NCBI GenBank assembly: GCA_028688325.1
Contig: JAQTYI010000001.1
Coordinates: 31,088 to 95,087 of the forward strand
Length of the DNA: 64,000 bases
Origin: Candidatus Portnoybacteria bacterium
Lineage (GTDB): Bacteria; Patescibacteriota; Minisyncoccia; Portnoybacterales; GWB1-42-6
Direction of reading: 5' to 3'
Below the pieces are notes generated by a model that was not told the origin of the DNA, made no database searches, and saw nothing but the letters and a program-made list of their open reading frames with translations. The position numbers and the translations under genes were made by a program. Position 1 is the first letter of the stretch; the number at the start of each line of letters is the position of its first letter. Positions 1 through 8,797 of the stretch are shown one piece after another.

Positions 1-1538
1 ATCGTGGCTGGATCTTTCGGATTGGGATAAGCAGGCCGCAGAAAGAAAATCACGGGCGCCAAATTCTTGGGCAAATCCACGCCTTCGCCGTAATTGGCAA
101 CCGTGCCAACAAGCACACTTCCTTCGCCTTGTTGAAATTTCCTGGCCGCTTCCCTTGGCTTAATGCCATTCCCGTAGCTGATGGCGTCCACGCCTTCCTC
201 GCCGGCCAGCATCAGAAACTTCTCCCGCTCTTTATTTGACACAACCACCACCAAAGAGCGCGAACCGGCATCCTGCAAATCTCGACAGGCCTTTGCTATC
301 TTGCGCAATGACCGGGTTAAATCCTGGCGGCTGCGCGATTTCACGGCCAGATTGGGAGTATCCGAGGGAATCAGTATCTTAGCGTTCTCAACCGGAAAAT
401 CTGATTCAAAAGCATAGAAAGGAAACTTGATCCCCGATTCAAATCCCAATGTCTCCGCGTCACCGATAGTCGCCGAATAAGCCAGAGTCCGAGACGCTAA
501 TATCTTTTTGATAAGCGGAGCCACATAATAAGCCCTGATGACCAAACGATACTGCGTCTTGCTGTTCTCGCCGATCTCTTGCTCATAATAACCGTAGGTA
601 TAATTTAACGGCTTGCGATTGTCCGTTTCCAAGGAATACTCCAGCGACCGCAGATAGCGCGTCAAGCTTCTTGTTATCACTTCCGCGCGCTTCAATGTTT
701 CGTGCTGTTTTAACGCGTCAATCTTGCCATTTTTCATGGCCTGACGAACAGCGCGCATCATCGACCTTGAATCAATGCCGTAAAGATCGGACAGAAGATT
801 GTTTATTTCCGCCGGTTCAAGTAAAGTGGCGGTTCCCGGCTGTCGTTTTTTTACGACCTTCATCATCTTCCGGCGAAAACTGTCCAAAATCTGCGCCTCT
901 TGAATATCGGCATTGTAGAATAGATCCACCGCTTTCTCAAGATGATAATCAGTGATTTCGTAGCTCAAAGAGCCGCGGAATACCCTGGCGATCTGATGCA
1001 CTTCGTCGATTACCAGCCCGGCCGTCTCTCCCCATTCTTCCGAAAAAAGATGAGTGAAAAGATAAAAAGCCATGGTGCAGACCACGATGCCGCCTTGTTT
1101 GGCGTTCCATTTGTCGCCCAAATATGGGCAGGGCTCGGCGCCAGCCACTTCCGTTTCGCCCGTTTCCGCATCAACACGATGAGGACAATCAAGCAAAGAG
1201 CAGGGCGCTGCTTCGGCGGAAATCTCTCCGTTGTAATACAAACACGGATACTCGTTCCGGCCATACATCACTTTGACGTCCGGATGCAGTTTTTTGGCCT
1301 GATCCACAAGGGTCTTGTTGGGCGTGATGTAAAAAAGCGAAGTTTGCCCAGCCGCTTCCAGCGTTTTCAAAAATGTGTAGCCGATAGCGGTTTTTCCGGT
1401 GCCGGTTGGCAATTCCAGCAGCAGCGAACAATCATGTTTTTCAAGCAACATCAACGCTTTTCCCTGATTACCCATAATCTTCGGGTAACGATTCTTCGGC
1501 CAATGCGCCAAAAAATCCAGATGTTCCAGATGTTTCAT
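1..1538 (-). CDS. DinG/XPD (Rad3)-family ATP-dependent DNA helicase with Fe-S domain; 3' end runs off the window
   Basis: Manual reverse translation gives a continuous ORF from the ATG at 1536-1538 to position 1. It has a Walker A-like PTGTGKT, a DEAH-type box VIDEVHQ, a four-Cys cluster (C..C..C..C) typical of XPD/DinG Fe-S helicases, and a C-terminal YGEGVDLP motif. It is missing from the ORF track because no stop lies inside the window. Confidence 0.8.
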   Translation of the reverse strand, partial: MKHLEHLDFLAHWPKNRYPKIMGNQGKALMLLEKHDCSLLLELPTGTGKTAIGYTFLKTLEAAGQTSLFYITPNKTLVDQAKKLHPDVKVMYGRNEYPCLYYNGEISAEAAPCSLLDCPHRVDAETGETEVAGAEPCPYLGDKWNAKQGGIVVCTMAFYLFTHLFSEEWGETAGLVIDEVHQIARVFRGSLSYEITDYHLEKAVDLFYNADIQEAQILDSFRRKMMKVVKKRQPGTATLLEPAEINNLLSDLYGIDSRSMMRAVRQAMKNGKIDALKQHETLKRAEVITRSLTRYLRSLEYSLETDNRKPLNYTYGYYEQEIGENSKTQYRLVIRAYYVAPLIKKILASRTLAYSATIGDAETLGFESGIKFPFYAFESDFPVENAKILIPSDTPNLAVKSRSRQDLTRSLRKIAKACRDLQDAGSRSLVVVVSNKEREKFLMLAGEEGVDAISYGNGIKPREAARKFQQGEGSVLVGTVANYGEGVDLPKNLAPVIFFLRPAYPNPKDPAT

Positions 1539-1634
1539 TGTATTCTCCTTTCAAAGAACTTTCTTGGGAATCTTTTCTAAGGAAAAGATGGCTCCCTTTC
1601 CAAAAATTCCATGGCTGAAATTCTTGGAAAGAGT

Positions 1635-2298
1635 GGTGAGAATCAGTTTTGATTCTCACCCCATAGATTGCCGGACTGAACCGTACACTGCGACACGGAA
1701 CGGTACCTATCCGGACATAAAATTATATAAAGAAAAGAATTTTAATGTAATAATGATGGTAGGAGTTCAAATGAACTCCTACCCCGCACAAAGCAATTCC
1801 GGACCGCACGCCACACTACCGAAGCGTAGCACGCATCACATTGCCTTCATTATTTTTAGTTATGGCAGAACATGATTATCAGAGGTTCTGCCCCACGCCT
1901 AGGTCCGCTAAACTACGCCCCGCACCAGCATGCTGGACATTACCTAACCCTACAAAAAAGAACTTTTCAAAAACTTCAATGACTTGAAATCTTTGAAAAA
2001 TTGACAGGAGTTCTTTTTAAAAAACTCCTGCCCCGAAGAACGCTGCGGCATACTCAACGCTACTGCACCAGAGCGAACTAAGCCGCGCGCAATCATATAA
2101 CATATATGGGTAGTTTTAAAAATTTAATTTTGGCGGGGATTAAATTTCACCCCGCCCCATGCAGGAGTGAAGATTGCTCCACTGCAGAATACTCTGCGCT
2201 GCGATACCAGATTTTTATAAAGAACTTTTCAAAAAATTCAAGCAAGTTGAATACTTTGAAAAATTGGCAGGGAATTTTTTAGATTCCCTGCCCCGAAC
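1635..2298 (-). repeat. Array of six periodically spaced GC-clamped hairpins (F 1635-1660, A 1759-1782, E 1864-1892, B 2005-2030, D 2133-2156, C 2268-2290), each followed on the plus strand by CCCC(G/A)NN; on the minus strand each reads GGGG-stem-loop-stem followed by an A/U-rich tract (terminator-like)
   Basis: Read directly from the sequence. The stems differ between copies but all keep Watson-Crick pairing, e.g. caggagtt/aactcctg versus cagggaat/attccctg versus ggcagaac/gttctgcc. Spacing between hairpins is 118-140 bp. Copies B and C share about 80 bp of flank (aagaacttttcaaaaaNttcaa..ttgaa..ctttgaaaaattgNcagg). Confidence 0.6.
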
Positions 2299-2353
2299 CG
2301 AACAGGAGCGAAACGCGCGATACTTAAGACCGCTTAACACTACTTAGCTCCGA

Positions 2354-2941
2354 TTAGACAGCTTTCTTTGATTCCCACGATTCGATCCTGAACCGACCGA
2401 AAGGTCCGCGCCGCGCCGGCCGAAAATCACCCAGACCGACAGATGAGCCGGCCCTTTCCACGAGCGTTTTGGCCTTGTCTTCAGCGCAGGCCTTCTCATC
2501 AATCGTGAAAGTCGCCGAGAAGACCCATTTGTCAAACCGAGGCCGCACGATGCAGACCGTGATGCCCTTGCCGGGAATAATCCCTCTTCTCTTGTCCGTT
2601 TTCCATTTTTCCTCCTGATTGTGGAAAGGAAAAAAGATTTCCTCAATGGCCAGGAAAGACGGTAACAAAGTCGTATCCTTGGTGGAGATGGCCCGTTTTC
2701 CCTCCAACTTCACCAAACGGCCGGCTTCCACCAGGCAACTGAAAAGATAGCTGGCCGGGATACCGATTATTCCATTTTCGTTCTTGATCACCTTTTTGGC
2801 TGCTTCCTGATCCGGCGTCTTGTCGGCATCCTTGGCTTTCCTGGCGCCTGCTCCGCCAAAAAGCTCGTTTAACATGTCATCCGTCGCCGGATTCATCAGA
2901 ATCGGCGATACTCCCGTGAATTTGGCCTTTACAGTAATCAT
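2354..2941 (-). CDS. Hypothetical 195-aa protein with RAMP-superfamily (Cas6/Cas7-like) hallmarks
   Basis: Strong Shine-Dalgarno site (aaaggagg, 5-nt spacer) before the ATG. The N-terminus is a beta-strand (ITVKAKFTGVSPILMN) followed by GIPASYLFSCLVEAG, which resembles the RAMP IPGSSxKGxLR box. Near the C-terminus is a glycine-rich loop, VGLGDFRPARRGPFGRF (GxG-x7-GxFG). The assignment comes from motifs only. Confidence 0.35.
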   Translation of the reverse strand: MITVKAKFTGVSPILMNPATDDMLNELFGGAGARKAKDADKTPDQEAAKKVIKNENGIIGIPASYLFSCLVEAGRLVKLEGKRAISTKDTTLLPSFLAIEEIFFPFHNQEEKWKTDKRRGIIPGKGITVCIVRPRFDKWVFSATFTIDEKACAEDKAKTLVERAGSSVGLGDFRPARRGPFGRFRIESWESKKAV

Positions 2942-3186
2942 ATTGCCTCCTTTGCGTTTAAGGTCCGTCGAGCATAAATTGTTTGAAAGAACCCCTAAAA
3001 TCCATCGCCAAAAGCGATTATATACAGTATCATATTATGAATATTGTGTCAACCTATTGCCAAAAACATATTTTATGATAATATATAGAAGCTAAAAACT
3101 AATTCACGCCAAATAAAATACACGCTACGCAAAACGCCATTTGGCGTAGATTAGCGTTTATTGATTAGCGTAAAGTAGCTTCTATA

Positions 3187-3444
3187 ATGAAAAAAGACAT
3201 CCATCCCCAGTATTATCCCGAAGCCAAGGCCACTTGCGCCTGCGGCAATTCGTTCATCACCGGCTCGACCAAGCCAGAATTGAATGTGGAAATCTGCGCC
3301 CAGTGCCATCCGTTTTATACGGGCAAGGAAAAACTCATCGACACGGCCGGACGCGTTGACCGCTTCCGCAAGATGCAGGCCAAAAAGACCGACATCTCCG
3401 CCAAAAAAGGCGTGAAAAAAGAACGGATAAAGAAACAGAAATAA
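3187..3444 (+). CDS. rpmE: 50S ribosomal protein L31
   Basis: [10 protein letters not shown] start and a CxxC...CxxC zinc-ribbon pattern typical of L31. Confidence 0.9.
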   Translation: MKKDIHPQYYPEAKATCACGNSFITGSTKPELNVEICAQCHPFYTGKEKLIDTAGRVDRFRKMQAKKTDISAKKGVKKERIKKQK

Positions 3445-3454
3445 TAAAGACAAG

Positions 3455-3580
3455 ACATTTATTGTTCGAGTGAGCGCAACGAATCGAGAGCTGTAAAAGA
3501 CGGAAATTTAACTTCTCGACTTCAGTTTACCCTGAGCTTATCGAAGGGCTTGAAGAATGAATTTCCGTCTTTTTAAAATT
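3455..3580. repeat. Palindromic intergenic element: 13-bp perfect outer stem aaaagacggaaat/atttccgtctttt enclosing the ttattgttcgag..cttctcgact core; a related copy lies at 51775-51835
   Basis: Inverted repeats read from the sequence; the core is shared with the region at 51775-51835. Confidence 0.5.
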
Positions 3581-3582
3581 CT

Positions 3583-4323
3583 ATGGCCAAAGGCGTCATT
3601 TTAGAAATTCGCGCTGGAGCCGGCGGAGACGAAGCCGCGATTTTCGCGGCTAATCTTTTCCGGATGTATTCAAGATACGCCCAATCGCAAGGTTGGAGCT
3701 TTTTGGTTATAGACGAAAGCCGCAATTCCATCGGCGGGCTCAAAGAAATAACCATGGAAATAACGGGCGCGGAGTCCTATGAACAGCTGAAAAATGAAAG
3801 CGGCGTGCATCGCGTCCAGCGGGTTCCCAAAACCGAAAAGAACGGCCGGGTGCACACTTCCACCGCCACTGTCGCCATCCTGCCCAAAGTTGACGCGGCC
3901 GAGATTAGAATCAATCCGCAAGACCTGCAAATTGACGCGGTGCGCTCTTCGGGACCGGGCGGACAAAATGTCAACAAACGCTCCACTGCCGTGCGAATAG
4001 TGCACTTGCCCACCAACACGGTCGTTTTTTCGCAGACCGAGCGTTCGCAGGCGCAAAACAAAGAAATTGCCATGGAGATCTTGCGCGCCAAGGTCTACGA
4101 AAATATGCGCAACAGGGAAATGGCCAGCTTGAGCCAGGAACGAAGAGCGCAAATCGGCACAGCCGACAGGTCCGAGAAAATACGCACCTACAATTATCCG
4201 CAAAACCGCATCACGGACCACCGCATCGGCAAAAGCTGGCACGACCTGGAAACTATCATCGACGGAAAAATGGATCCGATAGTCAAGGCCTTCCGCATAA
4301 CCGCTGATAAAACGGATTTGTAA
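3583..4323 (+). CDS. prfA: Peptide chain release factor 1 lacking the N-terminal domain 1
   Basis: The sequence aligns to RF1 from about residue 108 onward. It has the PxT (PKT) anticodon-mimic motif of the RF1 type and a GGQ motif. An in-frame TAA lies two codons upstream of the ATG, so the ORF cannot extend 5'. Confidence 0.85.
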   Translation: MAKGVILEIRAGAGGDEAAIFAANLFRMYSRYAQSQGWSFLVIDESRNSIGGLKEITMEITGAESYEQLKNESGVHRVQRVPKTEKNGRVHTSTATVAILPKVDAAEIRINPQDLQIDAVRSSGPGGQNVNKRSTAVRIVHLPTNTVVFSQTERSQAQNKEIAMEILRAKVYENMRNREMASLSQERRAQIGTADRSEKIRTYNYPQNRITDHRIGKSWHDLETIIDGKMDPIVKAFRITADKTDL

Positions 4324-4463
4324 CGGATTGGCGGGATATTTCGATTCTATCCGTGATATCATCCAAAAAGCAGCAATGTCTGCGGCTTAGCTCTTAACAA
4401 TTCAATATCCAGGAGGAAGCAAAGGTCGTAAATTTTATTATCAATAATTTTTAATTTATCGCT

Positions 4464-5066
4464 ATGGACCCAGCCCAACAGAATTTCTCCATGCCCGGGC
4501 CTCAGTTTGGCAACGGCTCAAATGGCGACTGGCTCAAGAGAAACTCGCACAGGATAGCTTACGCCCTGGTAGCCCTACTGCTTGCCACGGGCGGATTCTA
4601 TTTCTACCGGAGCTACCAAGACAGAACCGCTTTGCTTGAACCGGATTTAAAAGGAATCGTCGCTTTGCCGGCGCCTTCCAGCAGCTCCCCTGCTCAAGCA
4701 AACACGGAAAAGGCAAAAGGCGCCCCGAGCCCGGCTCCGCAAGCCAAGCAAGCCGGCCAAGACATCGTCGCCATCGCCGCCAAAGGCAACGGCGCGACCC
4801 ATCTGGCCCGACAGGCGCTTAAAGAATACCTGAAAGACAAACCGGAACTTGCTCAGAAACTGAAACCGGAGCACCGCATCTTTATCGAGGATTATCTGCA
4901 AAAACATTTGCCCAACAAGCCAAAAACCCTGCGCATCGGCCAGCAACTGACTTTTTCCGCCGATGATTTCCAGGCCGCGATAGATAAGGCCTTGGCCTTA
5001 AACGACAATCAGCTCAAAAATCTCAACAAATATGTTCCCCTCGTTCCTTCTTTAATGACAATCTGA
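4464..5066 (+). CDS. Hypothetical membrane-anchored protein (one predicted TM, Ala/Pro/Gln-rich linker)
   Basis: ORF with a hydrophobic segment (IAYALVALLLATGGFYFY) and no recognisable family. Ends in TGA. Confidence 0.55.
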   Translation: MDPAQQNFSMPGPQFGNGSNGDWLKRNSHRIAYALVALLLATGGFYFYRSYQDRTALLEPDLKGIVALPAPSSSSPAQANTEKAKGAPSPAPQAKQAGQDIVAIAAKGNGATHLARQALKEYLKDKPELAQKLKPEHRIFIEDYLQKHLPNKPKTLRIGQQLTFSADDFQAAIDKALALNDNQLKNLNKYVPLVPSLMTI

Positions 5067-5167
5067 AATAGCATTGCTTGCCGTCCCGAATTTATTTCGG
5101 GATCTCTGTGATTCTGAAACAAGTTCAGAATGACAAATTTTAGACAATATCAAGAAACAATCCAAAC

Positions 5168-5206
5168 TAAAAACCGTCCCGCAACTGCGGGACGGTTTTT
5201 AGTTGC
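5168..5206. terminator. Bidirectional intrinsic terminator between convergent genes
   Basis: aaaaaccgtcccgcaactgcgggacggttttt: a perfect 10-bp stem with A-run and T-run flanks. Confidence 0.7.
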
Positions 5207-5212
5207 TTTCTG

Positions 5213-6526
5213 CTATCTGGCGATGATATTCAGCTGGTCCTGGATAACGCCCGCCATTTCCATCACCTTGTCCCCGTAGAAAGAATATGTGGGATTGTTC
5301 CAGCGCTTGCCTGCGAAATAAATTTGCGCGGCCTTCCATTCGGCATTATAAGTTTGTGCGGCCGCCCCCGCCTGCGTCAATTTAACGCTGGCCGCCACAA
5401 ACGCGTCTTCAATGTTCCAGGGATCGGGAGGATTGTGGCCGGTAAGTTGAGCGACTTTATCCGCATAAGACAGCCAGACCGTAGGCAAAAATTGCGCCGG
5501 GCCCATAGCCCCGCCCCAGCCGTAAGCCGGCTTGCGCGAAACCGGAGTTTTATCCGGATCGAGGTTCAACGAATCGCATATCTGAACGAATGCCTGTTGG
5601 TCCCTGGCATGCATATCGCGCCGCCAAGTGCCGGTGCCCACTTTTTCTCCCCAGCTGGACTCGTTCTTCAGCACCGCCAGCAAAAATGCCGGCCTGATAC
5701 CGGTCAAGTTGGACGCTTGTTTGGCATACTGATACGCTTTTTCCAGCGTCATTGACAACCCGACTCCTTCAAGCAAATACAGATTTTTTCTGATCGCCTC
5801 GGCGTCGGCCTTGGCCTTTCTTGCCAGGGCTTGATAGTTCGATTCTTGCCCTTTGGTTTGCGCCAATAAATTCTTCTTATCATTTTGCTGCGCAGCCAGC
5901 GCCCGGCGCTGAATTTCCTGCAACACATTCAATTGATTCATTTCGTCGCGCCTGTCTTCCAAAATTTGCCGGTCGTTTTCCAGGGTGATTTTTGATTGCT
6001 GTATGGCCGTCATGCTTTCCTGCATGCCTTTTTGGATGTTCTGCAAAGAACTCGCTCTGTCAAAAATATCCGACAATTTTTCGTTGCCCAATATCATCTC
6101 CAGCGTTCCCTGCTGGTCGGCCTCATACACCGCCCGGACATATTCGGCGAGCAGCTGTCTTTCTCTGTCAAGCTTTAATTCGGCCTGGCCCAGAGCTAAA
6201 TTCTTGTCTGAAATCCCGGCTTCAACCGCGCGGATATCCAGAGCGGTGCGCCGTATCTCGAGCCCGGCCGCTTTAATTTTACTGTCCAGCAAGGAAATCT
6301 CCCTTTTTAAAGTGCCGCCTTGTTGTTGCAAATCTGAAATATTGGCGCGATATATATCGATTTGCTTTTGAATCTCGTCTATCTGCTGGCGCAAATTATT
6401 TTTTTGATCATCGGCAAGCGTGGCTGAAGCAAAACCAAAAGGAGAAAAAACCGAAACAAAAAACCACCCCGCCGCAAAAAGCAGAGTGGCCTCGTGGAAA
6501 AATTTATTTTTAAAAAGTTTTCCCAT
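5213..6526 (-). CDS. Secreted coiled-coil protein with a C-terminal lytic transglycosylase (MltB-like) domain
   Basis: N-terminal signal/TM segment, a long Gln/Leu-rich coiled coil, then a C-terminal region with an ES catalytic motif (LKNESSWG) and GAMGPAQFLP resembling the MltB motif GAMGQxQFxP. Confidence 0.6.
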   Translation of the reverse strand: MGKLFKNKFFHEATLLFAAGWFFVSVFSPFGFASATLADDQKNNLRQQIDEIQKQIDIYRANISDLQQQGGTLKREISLLDSKIKAAGLEIRRTALDIRAVEAGISDKNLALGQAELKLDRERQLLAEYVRAVYEADQQGTLEMILGNEKLSDIFDRASSLQNIQKGMQESMTAIQQSKITLENDRQILEDRRDEMNQLNVLQEIQRRALAAQQNDKKNLLAQTKGQESNYQALARKAKADAEAIRKNLYLLEGVGLSMTLEKAYQYAKQASNLTGIRPAFLLAVLKNESSWGEKVGTGTWRRDMHARDQQAFVQICDSLNLDPDKTPVSRKPAYGWGGAMGPAQFLPTVWLSYADKVAQLTGHNPPDPWNIEDAFVAASVKLTQAGAAAQTYNAEWKAAQIYFAGKRWNNPTYSFYGDKVMEMAGVIQDQLNIIAR

Positions 6527-6547
6527 CCCGAAAAATTTTTAAAGCGA

Positions 6548-7231
6548 TTATTTTACTTGTTCCGCTTCCGCTTCGGCGGCAGCGGCAGCAGCCGCTTTTT
6601 CTTCCTCGCCGACGACCTTAACTTCGGCTACCGCTTCAACCGGCTTGACTTCCAATTCTTCCATCTCTTTGTCGGAACGCGGCGGCGACACCAAGGCGAC
6701 CGTTTCTTCCAAGTCGGCCAGAATCTTAACGCTGCCAGACAGCGCCAAATCCTTGATGTGAATTTTATCCTCGAATGTCGCCAGCGAAGAAATATCAACT
6801 TTGATTTCCTTGGGCAAGTCCTGCGGCAGCGCTTCAACTTCAACTTCCTGCATGGCGCGGACTAAAACGCCGCCGTCCGCCTTCACCGCCGGCGATTCGC
6901 CGATAAACACGAAAGGAACCTTGGCTTTCATCTTTTCATCCATTTTCACCTCAAAAAAATCCGCGTGTATCACCTGGCCGTTCAAAATATCTCGTTCAAG
7001 ATCGTGGATAAAAACATTGCGCTTTTTGCCGTCCACAGACAGGGACAAAAGAGTGGTTTCGCCGGCTTCCTTGAAAATGCCTTCAAAATCCTTGGCATTA
7101 ACCGTAATAGATATCGGTTTTTTCCCGTGGCCGTATAAAACAGCCGGAATAAATCCGGTTTTTCTCAAAGCGCTCACTTTTTTGCCAAGGATAATCCTTG
7201 GGTCGGCTTTTAGTTCCAACATGAAATTCAA
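6548..7231 (-). CDS. rplY: 50S ribosomal protein L25/general stress protein Ctc
   Basis: N-terminal L25 fold motifs (RKTGFIPAVLYGHGK..ISI) and an acidic/Ala-rich C-terminal tail typical of the Ctc form. Confidence 0.85.
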   Translation of the reverse strand: MNFMLELKADPRIILGKKVSALRKTGFIPAVLYGHGKKPISITVNAKDFEGIFKEAGETTLLSLSVDGKKRNVFIHDLERDILNGQVIHADFFEVKMDEKMKAKVPFVFIGESPAVKADGGVLVRAMQEVEVEALPQDLPKEIKVDISSLATFEDKIHIKDLALSGSVKILADLEETVALVSPPRSDKEMEELEVKPVEAVAEVKVVGEEEKAAAAAAAEAEAEQVK

Positions 7232-7328
7232 TTAACAATTAACAATTAACAATGTATCACAATCTTGGGGTAAAAACAAGTACCGCTTTTAAAAAGCGGC
7301 CTTATTGCTTATTACCGGCTGTTTGCCG

Positions 7329-7538
7329 TCAATTAACTTTGATTATTTGCACAGGGCAAATTTCCGCGCTTTCCTTGGCGCAATCGGCCGCTTCGGCTTC
7401 CAGTTCCATATTCTCGCCGTTCATTTTGCCGCCAACAATGGAAGCCAGGCCGTCATCGGCCATAAAAAAATATTTCGGGCAAACTGCGGCGCAACTTCCG
7501 CAACCGATGCATTTTTGTCTTTCTTGGGTTATTTTCAT
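7329..7538 (-). CDS. Small 4Fe-4S ferredoxin
   Basis: CIGCGSCAAVCP (CxxCxxCxxxCP) plus a second C..CP pair; 69 aa. Confidence 0.7.
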   Translation of the reverse strand: MKITQERQKCIGCGSCAAVCPKYFFMADDGLASIVGGKMNGENMELEAEAADCAKESAEICPVQIIKVN

Positions 7539-7656
7539 TCAACCCGGCGCCAATACGCGAACTTTACGAATGCCACGAAATTATTGGCGGCATTCATGCA
7601 TCATTTGCACATTGGCGTCGCTTTATAAATTACAAATTAAATTCTATCACAAATCT

Positions 7657-8769
7657 TCATAAAAGGCGATTCTTGTTTTTATGCTCCGCCAGCGACTCAT
7701 TCACGAACTTCTTTATTTTATCCTTAAAAACTTCCTTGTCGAACCTCTCTGCCTGCTGGCTGATGTATCTGGCGTTAAAATCAACCGGATTGAATTTCTT
7801 GAGCGCGCCAATCAATGCTTCGGGCGTTTGCTCGTCAAAAAATATGCCGGTTTTGCCTTCCTCCACTATTTCCAGCGCCCCGCCGCCGCGGAATGCTATC
7901 ACGGGCCGGCCCGCGGCCATGGCCTCAACGGCGGAAATGCCGAAATCCTCTTCTTGCGGAAAAATGAACGCCCGGCAATGCGCAAAATAATTAGGCAATT
8001 CCTTTTCCGCCACCAAGCCCGTAAATTCAATGTTCGGACCGGCTATTTTCCGAAGATGCCTCCTGTCCGGCCCGTCGCCGATAATTTTCAGCGGCCAGCC
8101 CAATTTGTTAAAAGCGACGATGGCCAGGTCGATTTTTTTATACGGCAAAAATCTGGCCAGCATTAAAAAATAGTCGTTATTTTTTCCGCTCAAATAAAAT
8201 CGCCTGGTTTTAACCGGCGGACAAACAACCTCCGCTCGCCGGCCGTAATATTTTTTAATGCGCGAAGCGACAAATCGGGAATTGGCCAGATAAACATCGG
8301 GCCTGGCCGAAGCCGCTTCGTCCCAAAGACGCAGATAATTCAAGAAAGGCGGGATGAACCGCTTGATCAGATTTGGATAACTGAACTCGTTTATGTATTT
8401 TTGGCTGTCGTCCCAAACATACCTGGTTGGCGTATGGCAATAGCAGATATGCAGCGTCCCCGGCCGGGTGATGATGCCCTTGGCGAAACTGGCCGAGTCA
8501 GAAATCACCAGGTCGTATTTCGCTAAATCGAACTGTTCAACAGCTAAGGGCATCAGCATCAAAAACGGCCGGTGATGGGATTTGACCATCGGTATCTTTT
8601 GCAAAAATGATGTTTTTATCTTGCGCCCTTCAAAAGCCGACCCCGTGCGCCGCCTGTCATAGACCAAAGTAAAAATGGGCGCTTCCGGCCAAATTTCACA
8701 AAAGGCCTCCAGCACCCGCTCGGCTCCGCCGTATTGATTTAAATAGTCGTGCACCAGCGCAACACGCAT
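7657..8769 (-). CDS. Glycosyltransferase family 4 (GT-B fold)
   Basis: N-terminal HDYLNQYGGAERV and C-terminal GT4 motifs (E..G.P.I; ..FPQEEDFGISAVEAMAAGRPVIA). Confidence 0.8.
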   Translation of the reverse strand: MRVALVHDYLNQYGGAERVLEAFCEIWPEAPIFTLVYDRRRTGSAFEGRKIKTSFLQKIPMVKSHHRPFLMLMPLAVEQFDLAKYDLVISDSASFAKGIITRPGTLHICYCHTPTRYVWDDSQKYINEFSYPNLIKRFIPPFLNYLRLWDEAASARPDVYLANSRFVASRIKKYYGRRAEVVCPPVKTRRFYLSGKNNDYFLMLARFLPYKKIDLAIVAFNKLGWPLKIIGDGPDRRHLRKIAGPNIEFTGLVAEKELPNYFAHCRAFIFPQEEDFGISAVEAMAAGRPVIAFRGGGALEIVEEGKTGIFFDEQTPEALIGALKKFNPVDFNARYISQQAERFDKEVFKDKIKKFVNESLAEHKNKNRLL

Positions 8770-8797
8770 AAAAAATTTAATAGTAAAATTGTATTTT

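Noticed and set aside
942-1875. Plus-strand ORFs 942-1580 and 1564-1875, and minus-strand fragments at 1010-1659
   Set aside because: They lie within or antisense to the continuous DinG-like helicase ORF (1-1538, minus), which has clear helicase motifs. Their translations are low-complexity with no motifs.
1629-2300. Possible CRISPR array next to the Cas-like RAMP gene and DinG gene
   Set aside because: There are no identical direct repeats separated by unique spacers of similar length. The recurring units are hairpins with different stem sequences, only a short shared flank, and roughly 120-bp periodicity. No cas1/cas2 gene is present.
3445-3585. RF2-style programmed +1 frameshift to explain the short prfA
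   Set aside because: The protein carries the RF1-type PxT motif rather than SPF. An in-frame TAA lies 2 codons upstream, and only 138 bp are available, which is too short to encode domain 1 in any frame.
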